Virus record (IMG/VR): IMGVR_UViG_3300005563_000004 | Location: 3,332-67,331 of that record | DNA length: 64,000 nt | Reading direction: 5' to 3' (one strand) | Source of the DNA: a virus | In this document: positions 8,291 to 16,735 of the stretch, in pieces | Numbering within the stretch: the stretch's first letter is position 1 | How the letters are laid out: each line of letters opens with the position of its first letter | Translations under genes and position numbers: made by a program | The notes under the pieces: generated by a model | The model's input: only the letters and a program-made list of their open reading frames with translations | The model's database searches: none | What the model was told of the DNA's origin: nothing

Positions 8291-9060
8291 CCCCAGGTTC
8301 CCAAGTTCGCCTGCGCGTATCTCTTGGTGCGGTTCCCACCGGCCACGTCTGCAAGGTGCTCGAAACCTACGAGTGCGGCGGCGTTGAAAACGCATCGATA
8401 GACATCGAATGCGATCTTGGATCGTGGCGCACACGCTACACCGTCTGGGCCAGCGAATTGGAGGCGATCAGTGAAAACGGTTGAGATCCAGCTTCGCCGA
8501 GTTGGCACTGATGAAGTTCATCACTTAGGGACAAGCGATGGCAGCCTTGACCCTGGCGATAGGTGGCTGCCGATTTTAATCCACGACTGGACTTACGTAG
8601 AGGTGCTGATCAAGCGAACCTGCGATGACCCTGGCTATTTCTGGCTGGGCGCCGATGCAGATTGCTGACCTCCGATGCGACGATTGCGGCTCCGATGACC
8701 TGGTGTGCATCGCCCCAGGTGACGAGGGAATTTATGAGCTATTCTTGTTAGTGCAGCAAACGCCAACGCGGGCTTGGTGCATGCAGTGTTGGCGGCGGCG
8801 GAGCGGTCTGCGTGACGCAGCAATCTGAAACCGTAGCGGGCCATACGTTCACCCTCTCGCGCGATGCGGTGTGTGAGTGCGGCATTGCGTGGGCGTGGTT
8901 GAAGGAGTTCGGGACGCGCGATCGGGTAGGCGAAAAGGGCTTCGCTCACGTTGAGCAGTACACCAATCACGAAGCGAGCCAAGTTGAGGAGCGCCGGGCG
9001 CGCGAGCAGGCGGAAGATGAGCGCATGTATGCGGCTATCGCCGCGGTTGCGAAGATCTGA
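8287..9060 (+). CDS. four small coupled hypothetical genes (8287-8484, 8471-8668, 8655-8828 Zn-finger-like, 8812-9060)
   Basis: Overlapping starts and stops; CxxC pairs in 8655-8828. Confidence 0.5.
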
Positions 9061-9066
9061 CGCACC

Positions 9067-11025
9067 ATGTCCGGGGCGCTGGAAGCCGCACTGCTGCTTG
9101 CCGCCCAAGGCTTCCCGGTATTTCCCTGTGGTCGTAGCAAGCGGCCTGCCCTCCAAGGTCGCGGCTTTCACGACGCCACCACCGACAGCGATCAAGTCCG
9201 CGCCATGTTCGGCAGGGCTGGCGATCTTGTCGGCTGCCCGACCGGCGCCATCACCGGCTTTGACGTTCTCGACGTTGATCCCCGACACCACGGCGATCTG
9301 TGGGAGCAGGCCAACTTTTACCGCCTGCCGGAGACCCGCATCCACCGCACGCCAGGGCTACCGAAGCCCGGCGATGCCGATCAGCGCGTCATGCCGGGGA
9401 CGCACTACCTGTTCCGCCACGCGCCAGGCGTCCGCAATACCGCCAGCAAGATAGCGCCCGGCATCGATCTGCGCGGCGATGGTGGCTACGTCATTATGCC
9501 GCCCAGCGCCGGCTACTCGGTACTGAACGAAGCCGACATTGCGGAGTGGCCTGATTGGCTGCTTGATCTGGTGCTGACAGCACCGCCAGAGCCGAAGCTG
9601 AATGGCTACCATCGTGCGCCGGTCAGTTCGCGGCGGCTCGATGGCTTCATACGGTCAGTTTGCGGGCGCGTAGCTGGCGCAGGAGAGGGCGCCAAGCATT
9701 ACGCGCTCCGCAATGCCGCCCTCTCGCTCGGCGGTATCCAGGCCGCAGCTGGGCTGTCGGAAAAGGAAGCCACGGACCTGCTGCTGGCGGCACTGCCGCG
9801 CACGGTCAAGGACTGGAAGAACGCCGGGCATACAATCGCTTGGGGTTTGGCGCACGGTCGCAACCGACCGATCGAGCTGGAAGACCGCGAGCCACCGCGC
9901 GCCAACGGCCACGCTGCGCCACCGCCCCCAGAGCCGGAGGAGCCGCGGGAGTTCGACACCAGCCTATTCGAGCTGGTCTACTTCGAGGATATCCAGCCGA
10001 ACTTAGACGCCGCCGACTTTGTCGAGGACTTGCTCATCCGCGCCAGCATGGCGGTCGTCTACGGCGAGTCCAACTGCGGCAAAACATTCTTCATGACCGA
10101 CCTCGCGCTGCATATCGCCATGGGCAAAACCTGGCGCGGCAGAGAGATTGACGGCGGCGGAGTGATCTACTGCGCCCTTGAAGGCAGCCACGGCATCAGC
10201 AACCGCGTCGCTGCGTTCCGCAAGCACCACGGCCTCGAGGGCCATCGCCTCCCGTTCGCCATCGTGCCCAGCGCCATCAATATGCTGGACCCCAAAGCCG
10301 ACACCGACCGGCTGATTGCCTCCATTCTCGACGCGGCGACCATGATGGGCTGTCCCGTCAAGCTGGTAGTGATCGACACCCTCTCGCGCGCCATGGCCGG
10401 CGGCAACGAAAACGCGCCCGACGACATGGGCGCGCTGGTCATGAATACCGATCGGGTGCGCCAGGCGACCGGTGCGGCAGTCGTCTACGTGCACCACTCC
10501 GGCAAGGATGCCGCCAAGGGTGCGCGCGGTCACTCGCTGCTGCGCGCTGCTACCGATACGGAAATTGAGGTGATCGCTGACGGCGCGTTTCGCATGGCCA
10601 CGGTGGTCAAGCAACGCGAGCTGGAATGCTCCGGCGAGTTTCCTTTCCACCTCGAGGTGGTGGATCTGGGAACCAATCGCCGCGGCAAGGCCGTGACCTC
10701 GTGCGTCGTGACGGAACAGAGCGGCAGCATACCGGCAGCTGCACAGGCGCGCCGCAAGCTTACTGGCCACGCACAACGCGCTTACGAGGTGTTAGTCGAT
10801 TTGTGCGGCTCGCAGGGGCAGTCGGGGCATCCTGGCACCCCTTCCGGCGTGCCGTCCGTCCCCGAGGATTGGTGGCGCGAGCGCTTTTATGAACGCACTC
10901 CTGGAGACACGCATGAGGCGAAACGACAGGCTTTTCGTCGTGCTTCGGTTGCGCTGGTTAATGATCAGATTGTCGGAATGGCTAACAGTCGTGTTTGGAT
11001 CATCTATCGAGAGCAGGGTGCATGA
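9067..11025 (+). CDS. bifunctional primase-polymerase fused to AAA_25 (RepA-like) helicase
   Basis: GFPVFPC..SKRP...GFHDATTD, VLDVD, HYLF, GIDLRGDGGYV..PPS; Walker A YGESNCGKT, VVIDTLSR, VHHSGKD..KGARGHS. Confidence 0.92.
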   Translation: MSGALEAALLLAAQGFPVFPCGRSKRPALQGRGFHDATTDSDQVRAMFGRAGDLVGCPTGAITGFDVLDVDPRHHGDLWEQANFYRLPETRIHRTPGLPKPGDADQRVMPGTHYLFRHAPGVRNTASKIAPGIDLRGDGGYVIMPPSAGYSVLNEADIAEWPDWLLDLVLTAPPEPKLNGYHRAPVSSRRLDGFIRSVCGRVAGAGEGAKHYALRNAALSLGGIQAAAGLSEKEATDLLLAALPRTVKDWKNAGHTIAWGLAHGRNRPIELEDREPPRANGHAAPPPPEPEEPREFDTSLFELVYFEDIQPNLDAADFVEDLLIRASMAVVYGESNCGKTFFMTDLALHIAMGKTWRGREIDGGGVIYCALEGSHGISNRVAAFRKHHGLEGHRLPFAIVPSAINMLDPKADTDRLIASILDAATMMGCPVKLVVIDTLSRAMAGGNENAPDDMGALVMNTDRVRQATGAAVVYVHHSGKDAAKGARGHSLLRAATDTEIEVIADGAFRMATVVKQRELECSGEFPFHLEVVDLGTNRRGKAVTSCVVTEQSGSIPAAAQARRKLTGHAQRAYEVLVDLCGSQGQSGHPGTPSGVPSVPEDWWRERFYERTPGDTHEAKRQAFRRASVALVNDQIVGMANSRVWIIYREQGA

Positions 11026-11026
11026 C

Positions 11027-11195
11027 CCCAGACATTTGCCCAGACATTTACCCAGACATGCCCAGACAGACACCCGACGCGACACCCAGACATTTGCCCA
11101 GACATTCGGGGATATATATCTTCGATATATCCCGAGTGTCTGGGCAAGTGTGTCCGGCTCGATTTATGTCTGGTTGGGTGTCTGGTTGTCGGGGG
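11027..11195. repeat. iteron array plus AT-cored hairpin: candidate replication origin
   Basis: Six CCCAGACA direct copies (11027, 11039, 11051, 11061, 11085, 11097), an imperfect palindrome at 11094-11147, then inverted TGTCTGG copies. Confidence 0.75.
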
Positions 11196-11289
11196 TGGGT
11201 ATCTGGTGCGGTTTTGCAACCAATGGACCAGCCCGCGCACCTCGAGGCACGCCCGCAGCAGCAGGACAGCCGGCGGTGGGATGGTGCGA

Positions 11290-11790
11290 TCAGGCTGATT
11301 CCTTCCTGGGTCGTCCCCTCGCGCGCTTCTCACGAGCGGCCTTACCCAAGAGGCTCCACCCAGCGTGGTTCTTGGAGGCATTTGACCAAGCGGCTTGGCG
11401 ACTAATCCCAAAGTGCCTCGCTGCCTCCGAAAGGGAGGCAAAAGTCCCTTCGGGCGTATTCACTGCCACGCCGTTCTTTACCGTGCCCGCGGCAAAGCCT
11501 GGCAGGCCGCGTCCGCTTCTGGTGAGTGAATCTACGTTCCACGGAGGGTCCAGCGCGGTAATGTAGCGGCGTTCTGTTGCGTCCAGTTCTGCTTTGGAGC
11601 AGGGCAGCCAAGCCCAAGCGTCATAGTCGTGATTGTGCCACGACTTTTCGCGTGTTTTGAGCACGCGGGCTTCGACGTGCGTCGATTGGCCAACGTACAT
11701 AACCTCGCCGTTCTTGATCAGGAAGTAGACTCCGATTTTGCGCTCGCCGAGTGGTCTCGCGAGAGTAAGGATTTCAGCTTTATTGAGCAT
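11290..11790 (-). CDS. GIY-YIG-like nuclease with NUMOD1-type HTH tail
   Basis: GVYFL.KNGEVMYVGQS...R...E..YI...PPWN; GTFASLSEAARHFGIS. Confidence 0.75.
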   Translation of the reverse strand: MLNKAEILTLARPLGERKIGVYFLIKNGEVMYVGQSTHVEARVLKTREKSWHNHDYDAWAWLPCSKAELDATERRYITALDPPWNVDSLTRSGRGLPGFAAGTVKNGVAVNTPEGTFASLSEAARHFGISRQAAWSNASKNHAGWSLLGKAAREKRARGRPRKESA

Positions 11791-11904
11791 GTTGCGGGAT
11801 ATATTGCTTGACAAGAATGTGTGTCAAACAATTATCAGCAAGACTAATGTGTTAACAATCAGTAAACTTTATTTGATCGATGCTGTCGTGTTACTGCGCT
11901 GCGC

Positions 11905-12276
11905 ATGTCAGACAGTGCGACTAGTGGAACGGCTACTGTGCTGCCTCCGGCTCATGTGCCAAGCCATGGCTACGGGCGCATTCACCCGTGGCAAAAGGGC
12001 CAATCAGGCAATCCCACAGGCAAGCTCGGCGAATATCACGCAGTCAGGCGACTCTGCGCTGACCATTCGATTGAGGGCGCGAAGCAACTGATCGCGCTGA
12101 TGCACGACACCGATACGCGCGTTGCCATTGTGGCAATCAAGGAAGTGCTCGACCGTGGCATTGGCAAGCCGCGCGATCACAGCAATGAGCAGGGCGGCAA
12201 GATTGATCTGTCGGCGCTGAGCGCCGAGGAGCGGGAAGCGATGGCCAAACTGCTGGCAAAGGCGATGGGGTTATGA
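11905..12276 (+). CDS. terminase small subunit-like protein (DUF5681 motif)
   Basis: PWQKGQSGNPTG; VAIKEVLDRGIGKP; IDLSALS.EE. Confidence 0.75.
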   Translation: MSDSATSGTATVLPPAHVPSHGYGRIHPWQKGQSGNPTGKLGEYHAVRRLCADHSIEGAKQLIALMHDTDTRVAIVAIKEVLDRGIGKPRDHSNEQGGKIDLSALSAEEREAMAKLLAKAMGL

Positions 12277-12781
12277 TTGTCAAAGTGGACCGTGCGGCTT
12301 TTGAGGACGCGGTGGCGGCATTTGTCTGCGCCGCGCGCAAGTGCAGCTGTGGCCATGAATGGCAACCGCTCGATGCGCCTGACAAAGCCCACGATCTGGC
12401 GGTAGCTGCGGTGCGTGGCGCGCTGAGCACGGTGTTCAATGCTCCGGTGTTTGTCGAGGACGAGCACGCGCTGGGGCTGCCAGAGGAGCGGCAGTGACCG
12501 ACGCAGAGGTGATGGAGCGGGCGACCGAACTGCAGGAGGATGCTCGCGCTGTCACCCAGGCCATCGTACTCCACCTCGACGGTGACGAGGTTGGGCGTGT
12601 GCTCGAGCGGTTTGCGGACGTGGTGCGTGACCAGCCGGTAGGCGTGATCATGGTGGCGTTCTCGATGCTGATCGCGGAGCTTGCAGCCGGCTCGCCGAAT
12701 GAGCAGATGTTTCAGGCGGTGCTGCTGGAGATGACCACGCACGCGCTGGCGACGCGGCCTGATCGCCCGGCGGTGCATTGA
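12273..12781 (+). CDS. two hypothetical proteins (12273-12497, 12494-12781)
   Basis: Four-base overlap coupling. Confidence 0.5.
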
Positions 12782-12953
12782 TGGCAGAATACACACAATC
12801 GCATATACAGCAGCAATCAGTGTCCGTTAGCTGGGCGCTGGTGCTGGGATCAGCTGTTAGTGCGTCGTGGGTGTTATCACGTCCGCAAACGCAAATTATC
12901 GCCCGTAACCCTGAGTTGCATCTGATAACTGGCGAAGTTCGCGAGGATAACGC

Positions 12954-13469
12954 GTGAAGCAGTCTCGCTCCAAGCTGACGTTGTTTCCTGATACGCCGCG
13001 TGGCTGCTCGTCGTGCAAGCGGCTGTTGCACCCATCGTGGTTTGTGCGCTGCCAGGGCAACAAGGACGGATTACACTCGCAGTGCATCGAGTGCCGCGCG
13101 GTCGCGAGGAGGGCGGACTATGCGAACCGTCGCGAGGAGTTCGCGGCTAAGCATCGTATCAAGACCTATGGCCTGGACCCAGCGACATTCGCGAGGCTGG
13201 TCGAGAGACAGCAGAACCATTGCGCGATCTGCGATGAAGACTTTGATTTCTGCATTCGCCATATCGATCATGACCACGAGACTGGCCAGGTAAGGGGTCT
13301 GCTCTGCCCTCGATGCAATACGACTATTGGCCGCGCCAATGATGATCCGGCGCTGTTGCGGGCGATGGCGGCTTACATTGAGCGGCATCGTGCACGGCAG
13401 GCGATTGAGCAACGGATCGGACGGAACACAGAAGGCGAACAACTAACGCCGGATGTGAGCGAGCCATGA
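12954..13469 (+). CDS. endonuclease VII family protein
   Basis: YGL.....L...Q...CAIC...HIDHDHETGQVRGLLCPRCNTTIG...DD. Confidence 0.88.
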   Translation: MKQSRSKLTLFPDTPRGCSSCKRLLHPSWFVRCQGNKDGLHSQCIECRAVARRADYANRREEFAAKHRIKTYGLDPATFARLVERQQNHCAICDEDFDFCIRHIDHDHETGQVRGLLCPRCNTTIGRANDDPALLRAMAAYIERHRARQAIEQRIGRNTEGEQLTPDVSEP

Positions 13470-13753
13470 GCTACAGCTACGCGAGGATTGTTGAGATTCG
13501 CCGTGAGTGGAATGACCCGGCACTGACCGTCGAGGAGATTGCCGCGGCGCATGGCACGACGCGGACGGCGCTTTGCAAGCTGCGGGCGCGGCATGGCTGG
13601 CCGGCGCGGGCGAAAACGGCGTGCCCGGTTCACACACATCGCGGCGTGTTCGCATCGGTGCGTGCTGCGGCTCGTGCTTACGGCATGTCGCCGAACTCCG
13701 CGCATTACCGCGCATCGCGGCAGATCAATGGCTGGAGGTTCGCGGATGAGTAG
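13466..13753 (+). CDS. HTH plus NUMOD1-like DNA-binding protein
   Basis: TVEEIAAAHGTTR; GVFASVRAAARAYGMS...GWRF, similar to the tail of 11290-11790. Confidence 0.6.
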   Translation: MSYSYARIVEIRREWNDPALTVEEIAAAHGTTRTALCKLRARHGWPARAKTACPVHTHRGVFASVRAAARAYGMSPNSAHYRASRQINGWRFADE

Positions 13754-14090
13754 ATGGATCGAGATGCTTGAGCGTGCCGAGATGCAGGCCCGGCCGGAGC
13801 TGCGGTCGCAGGCGTTCGAGGCGGTCAAGCGCTACTATGGCTTGGTTGATGATGGGTCTGCGGCGCATGAGCCAGCGTCGATGTCCGATTCGCCGCATTC
13901 TGAGACCGTGGAGCAGACACCGACCGATGTGGAAGTGCAGCGCCACGTTGACCGTGTGTGCGATCACCTGATTGCCGGTCGCACCACGCCGGCACAGCGA
14001 TCCGGGCTGAGCACGGCGGTAGAGAGGGCGGGGCGTGTGCCTAGCGGTTCTGACGCGGCTGTGGGGCGAATTGCGAGGCTGGTGCGGTGA
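13746..14090 (+). CDS. hypothetical protein
   Basis: GGAGG SD; operon packing. Confidence 0.45.
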   Translation: MSRWIEMLERAEMQARPELRSQAFEAVKRYYGLVDDGSAAHEPASMSDSPHSETVEQTPTDVEVQRHVDRVCDHLIAGRTTPAQRSGLSTAVERAGRVPSGSDAAVGRIARLVR

Positions 14091-14302
14091 CGCGGCATTG
14101 CCAGCGCGGCCACGAACTGTCCGCCGATAACGTCGCGCTATGGAATAGCGGTGCTGGCCATCCCATTGCGTGCTGTCGCGAGTGCAATCGCGAGCGCGCG
14201 AAGCGGTGGCGCAAGGCGAATGCGCGTTGGCTGACGCGGCGTAAGCAGACGCGGCGTAAGCAGACGGACTATGGGCATTCGGGGGCGATGTTGGCGCGAT
14301 GA
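14087..14302 (+). CDS. HNH-associated Zn-finger protein
   Basis: HCQRGHEL..DN...CRECNRER. Confidence 0.6.
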   Translation: MTRHCQRGHELSADNVALWNSGAGHPIACCRECNRERAKRWRKANARWLTRRKQTRRKQTDYGHSGAMLAR

Positions 14303-14841
14303 GATCCGCGCCGCAGCCATACAGCCACGGCTTCAATGCGTGGTGGGCGTTTAACATGCGACCAGAAAATGACGGTCAGGCGGACGACACTGGCTCGCCG
14401 AACGATCCACCGACTCGGTGGGGCTTTACGTTTCCCACTTGGCAGGATGCGCGGCGGTGGTGCGGGTATGCTGATGCGAGCTTTGCTGCGTTCGTAGCGT
14501 CGTCGCAGGACGACATGCAGATGCTGGCCTGGTCGTATTACTGGGAGCGGCTGGGGATGTTGGACGTGCGGCTCGGTGCGGACATCAGCACGGTGGACTG
14601 GTGCTGGACGAGTGGCGGAGCGGCGTTGGAGATACAGAAGATCCTCGATGTGCAACCGCTCGATGGGATCATTGGCGACATCACCATAGCGGCTATCAAT
14701 GCGGACGAGGCGTACATCGATCGGGTGTATGGGGCGCGGGTGGCTTACTACAACGACCTTGGCTTTCAGGATGTGTTCCCTGGGCTTTACACGCGGGCTG
14801 CGGCGTGTCGCGAGCGATCGATGCAGGCGGCGATGCCGTGA
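14299..14841 (+). CDS. divergent GH108-like lysozyme (endolysin candidate)
   Basis: E.DG...D.PTRWGFT; YYW; DW.WTSG; IQKILDVQ.LDGIIG.ITIAAIN; R..YY...F.G...R. Confidence 0.7.
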   Translation: MRSAPQPYSHGFNAWWAFNMRPENDGQADDTGSPNDPPTRWGFTFPTWQDARRWCGYADASFAAFVASSQDDMQMLAWSYYWERLGMLDVRLGADISTVDWCWTSGGAALEIQKILDVQPLDGIIGDITIAAINADEAYIDRVYGARVAYYNDLGFQDVFPGLYTRAAACRERSMQAAMP

Positions 14842-15275
14842 GCCTTGTCACTCGCCCTGACCGGATTGTGTGGACGACGCCGGTAAACAAGCAGGCTGCG
14901 CTACAGACTTCTGGTGTGAAGGATGTGCCTGTAACGCCGATGCAGGAGCGTCGCAATCTGCAGCGGGCGTTTAAGGCTTTGAATGAAGCGTATATCCGCG
15001 CTGACGATCCGAGAGAGAAGCGGCGTATCGGTAAGCAGATTGAGTTTGTGCAGAGGGAAATCAGCAAGCGCGGTCGCTGGACGCCTCAAGGCAAGCACGA
15101 GTTTGCGAATTGGATTGTGAATGTTGCCAAGGACAAGCTGCCTCGTCCCATATTCGACGAGATCTTGCGTGAGGCTGGCGTGAGGTACCACGACGCGCAG
15201 CGGGGGCGCGCTGCGGTCATGGAGGAGAAGCGGCACCGCTCGATGATCGAGCGTGTGAAAGCGACGGAGCTATGA
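14838..15275 (+). CDS. hypothetical protein
   Basis: GTGA overlap with the lysozyme stop. Confidence 0.5.
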   Translation: MSLVTRPDRIVWTTPVNKQAALQTSGVKDVPVTPMQERRNLQRAFKALNEAYIRADDPREKRRIGKQIEFVQREISKRGRWTPQGKHEFANWIVNVAKDKLPRPIFDEILREAGVRYHDAQRGRAAVMEEKRHRSMIERVKATEL

Positions 15276-15592
15276 CCGAGCACACTGCCCGATGCCAGGA
15301 GTGCGGGGCGGACGTTCCGCTGAGTGAGGTGTGGCACCATAGGGGTGTGTGCGGTGCTGCTCGGGAGCAAGTTATGTCGGGTGTGGTGGAGCATGTGGCT
15401 CGCGCGATTGCGATGGAGGAAGGAATTGCACCGGCAAAGTGGCCTGTGTTTCTGGAGGCAGCGAAGACGGCAATAGCGGCGCTGCGTGATCCGACTGTGG
15501 AGATGATTGGCGCGGGTGCGACTGCCGGTGCGGTGTCGAACGATGCTGCGGTGGCGGTCTGGCAGGCGATGATTGATTGTGCTGCGTCGTGA
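15272..15592 (+). CDS. hypothetical protein
   Basis: CQECG; VEHVARAI...A.AAI.ALR.PT.EM motif common in alphaproteobacterial phages. Confidence 0.55.
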   Translation: MTEHTARCQECGADVPLSEVWHHRGVCGAAREQVMSGVVEHVARAIAMEEGIAPAKWPVFLEAAKTAIAALRDPTVEMIGAGATAGAVSNDAAVAVWQAMIDCAAS

Positions 15593-15823
15593 TACAAAGT
15601 TACAATCCTCGTCGCGAGGCTGTAGCGCGTGCGATTTACTACGCTGCCACGAGCGGTCAGACTTTGTGGCCACAGGTTCTGGATCGCAGGCGTTGGTATT
15701 CGTGTGCTGATGCTGCCATTGCTGCCGCTGACAATCCAAGCATTGAGCCGACCATGGCGGAGGTGATGAGCACCTATATGCCGGCGCCAACGCCACCGAG
15801 TGTCTACCAGCACGTCTACCAGA

Positions 15824-16735
15824 ATGTTGATAGCTCGTCGTAGCTTATTGGCGGGGGCTGCGGCTGCGTTGCCTGGGATGGCGTATGCGGACTGTGGCGA
15901 GCAGGAGCGTCGCAAGCTACTGAAGTTTGGCTTGATCCCGCAGGCGTATGCGTGCGGCAACAACCCGATCGCTGGTGCGTTCTTCTCGGACGACTTCAAC
16001 ACGCTGAGCCTTTACAACACGCGCAACACAGCGGCGGGCGGGACTTGGCAGCCGGCGGGGACTTTCAGCACGTTCGTTGACGGGCAGGACTTCAGCGGCG
16101 TGTGGGTGGTCAATCCGTTCAACCCGGCAACGCCGTATAACAATGTGTATACGGTATCGAACTCCATTCTCTCGATGCGGATCGACAATTCGCCCAACCC
16201 GACGAACACGGGCGGGGATGCGTTGATTGGCGGGCAGCTGCACACGTTCAACACGTTCCAGCATGCGGTACAGGGGTATTGGGAGGTTCGTGCTGCGGTT
16301 CCGGTGTTGCCGGGGAGTAATTTTGTTTTCTGGCTGAATGATCAGACCGGGCGTCAGCAGATCGGGATATTCGATTGTGTGACGAACGCTGACAGCAGTC
16401 ACTTTGCGGGTTTCGATGTTTGGGACCCTGCGACTGACACTGAGACGTTTCAGTGGTTCACGTTCCAGATGGCGCAGCCGGTGAATGTGACCGGCTTTCA
16501 TCAGTATGGCGTGAAGGTCACGAACACACAGGTTTCGCTGCTCATTGATCGTGTGGTGCAGGTGTCGACGGCGCTGCCGGCTGGCTACGTCAATCCGATG
16601 TTTATCTTCTTGGATTGGTTCAGTGGCGGGACTGCGGGCGGGACGGGATTTATCTCGGCGCCTGTGGCATCGCCGTCGTTTGGGCAGGTTGATTACGTGG
16701 CGTATTGGCTGCCTGGCACCGGCCCGGTGCCATGA
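15824..16735 (+). CDS. Tat-signal GH16/ConA-like beta-jelly-roll protein, probably non-catalytic
   Basis: RRSLL signal; FSDDFN; GYWEVRA; FWL; GFHQYGV; VDYV. QQIGIFD occupies the ExDxxE position. Confidence 0.7.
   Translation: MLIARRSLLAGAAAALPGMAYADCGEQERRKLLKFGLIPQAYACGNNPIAGAFFSDDFNTLSLYNTRNTAAGGTWQPAGTFSTFVDGQDFSGVWVVNPFNPATPYNNVYTVSNSILSMRIDNSPNPTNTGGDALIGGQLHTFNTFQHAVQGYWEVRAAVPVLPGSNFVFWLNDQTGRQQIGIFDCVTNADSSHFAGFDVWDPATDTETFQWFTFQMAQPVNVTGFHQYGVKVTNTQVSLLIDRVVQVSTALPAGYVNPMFIFLDWFSGGTAGGTGFISAPVASPSFGQVDYVAYWLPGTGPVP

Noticed and set aside
11027-11110. Short direct repeats as a CRISPR array
   Set aside because: Units are 8-12 bp and nearly abutting, with no unique 30-40 bp spacers and no cas genes; an iteron array fits better.
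10889-11566. 225-aa + strand ORF and other ORFs spanning the origin repeats
   Set aside because: The PRHL repeats are just translated iterons; the ORF overlaps the helicase end and the antisense GIY-YIG gene.
15802-15823. GTCTACCAG tandem repeat before the Tat gene
   Set aside because: Only two short copies, inside the upstream ORF; no evidence of function.
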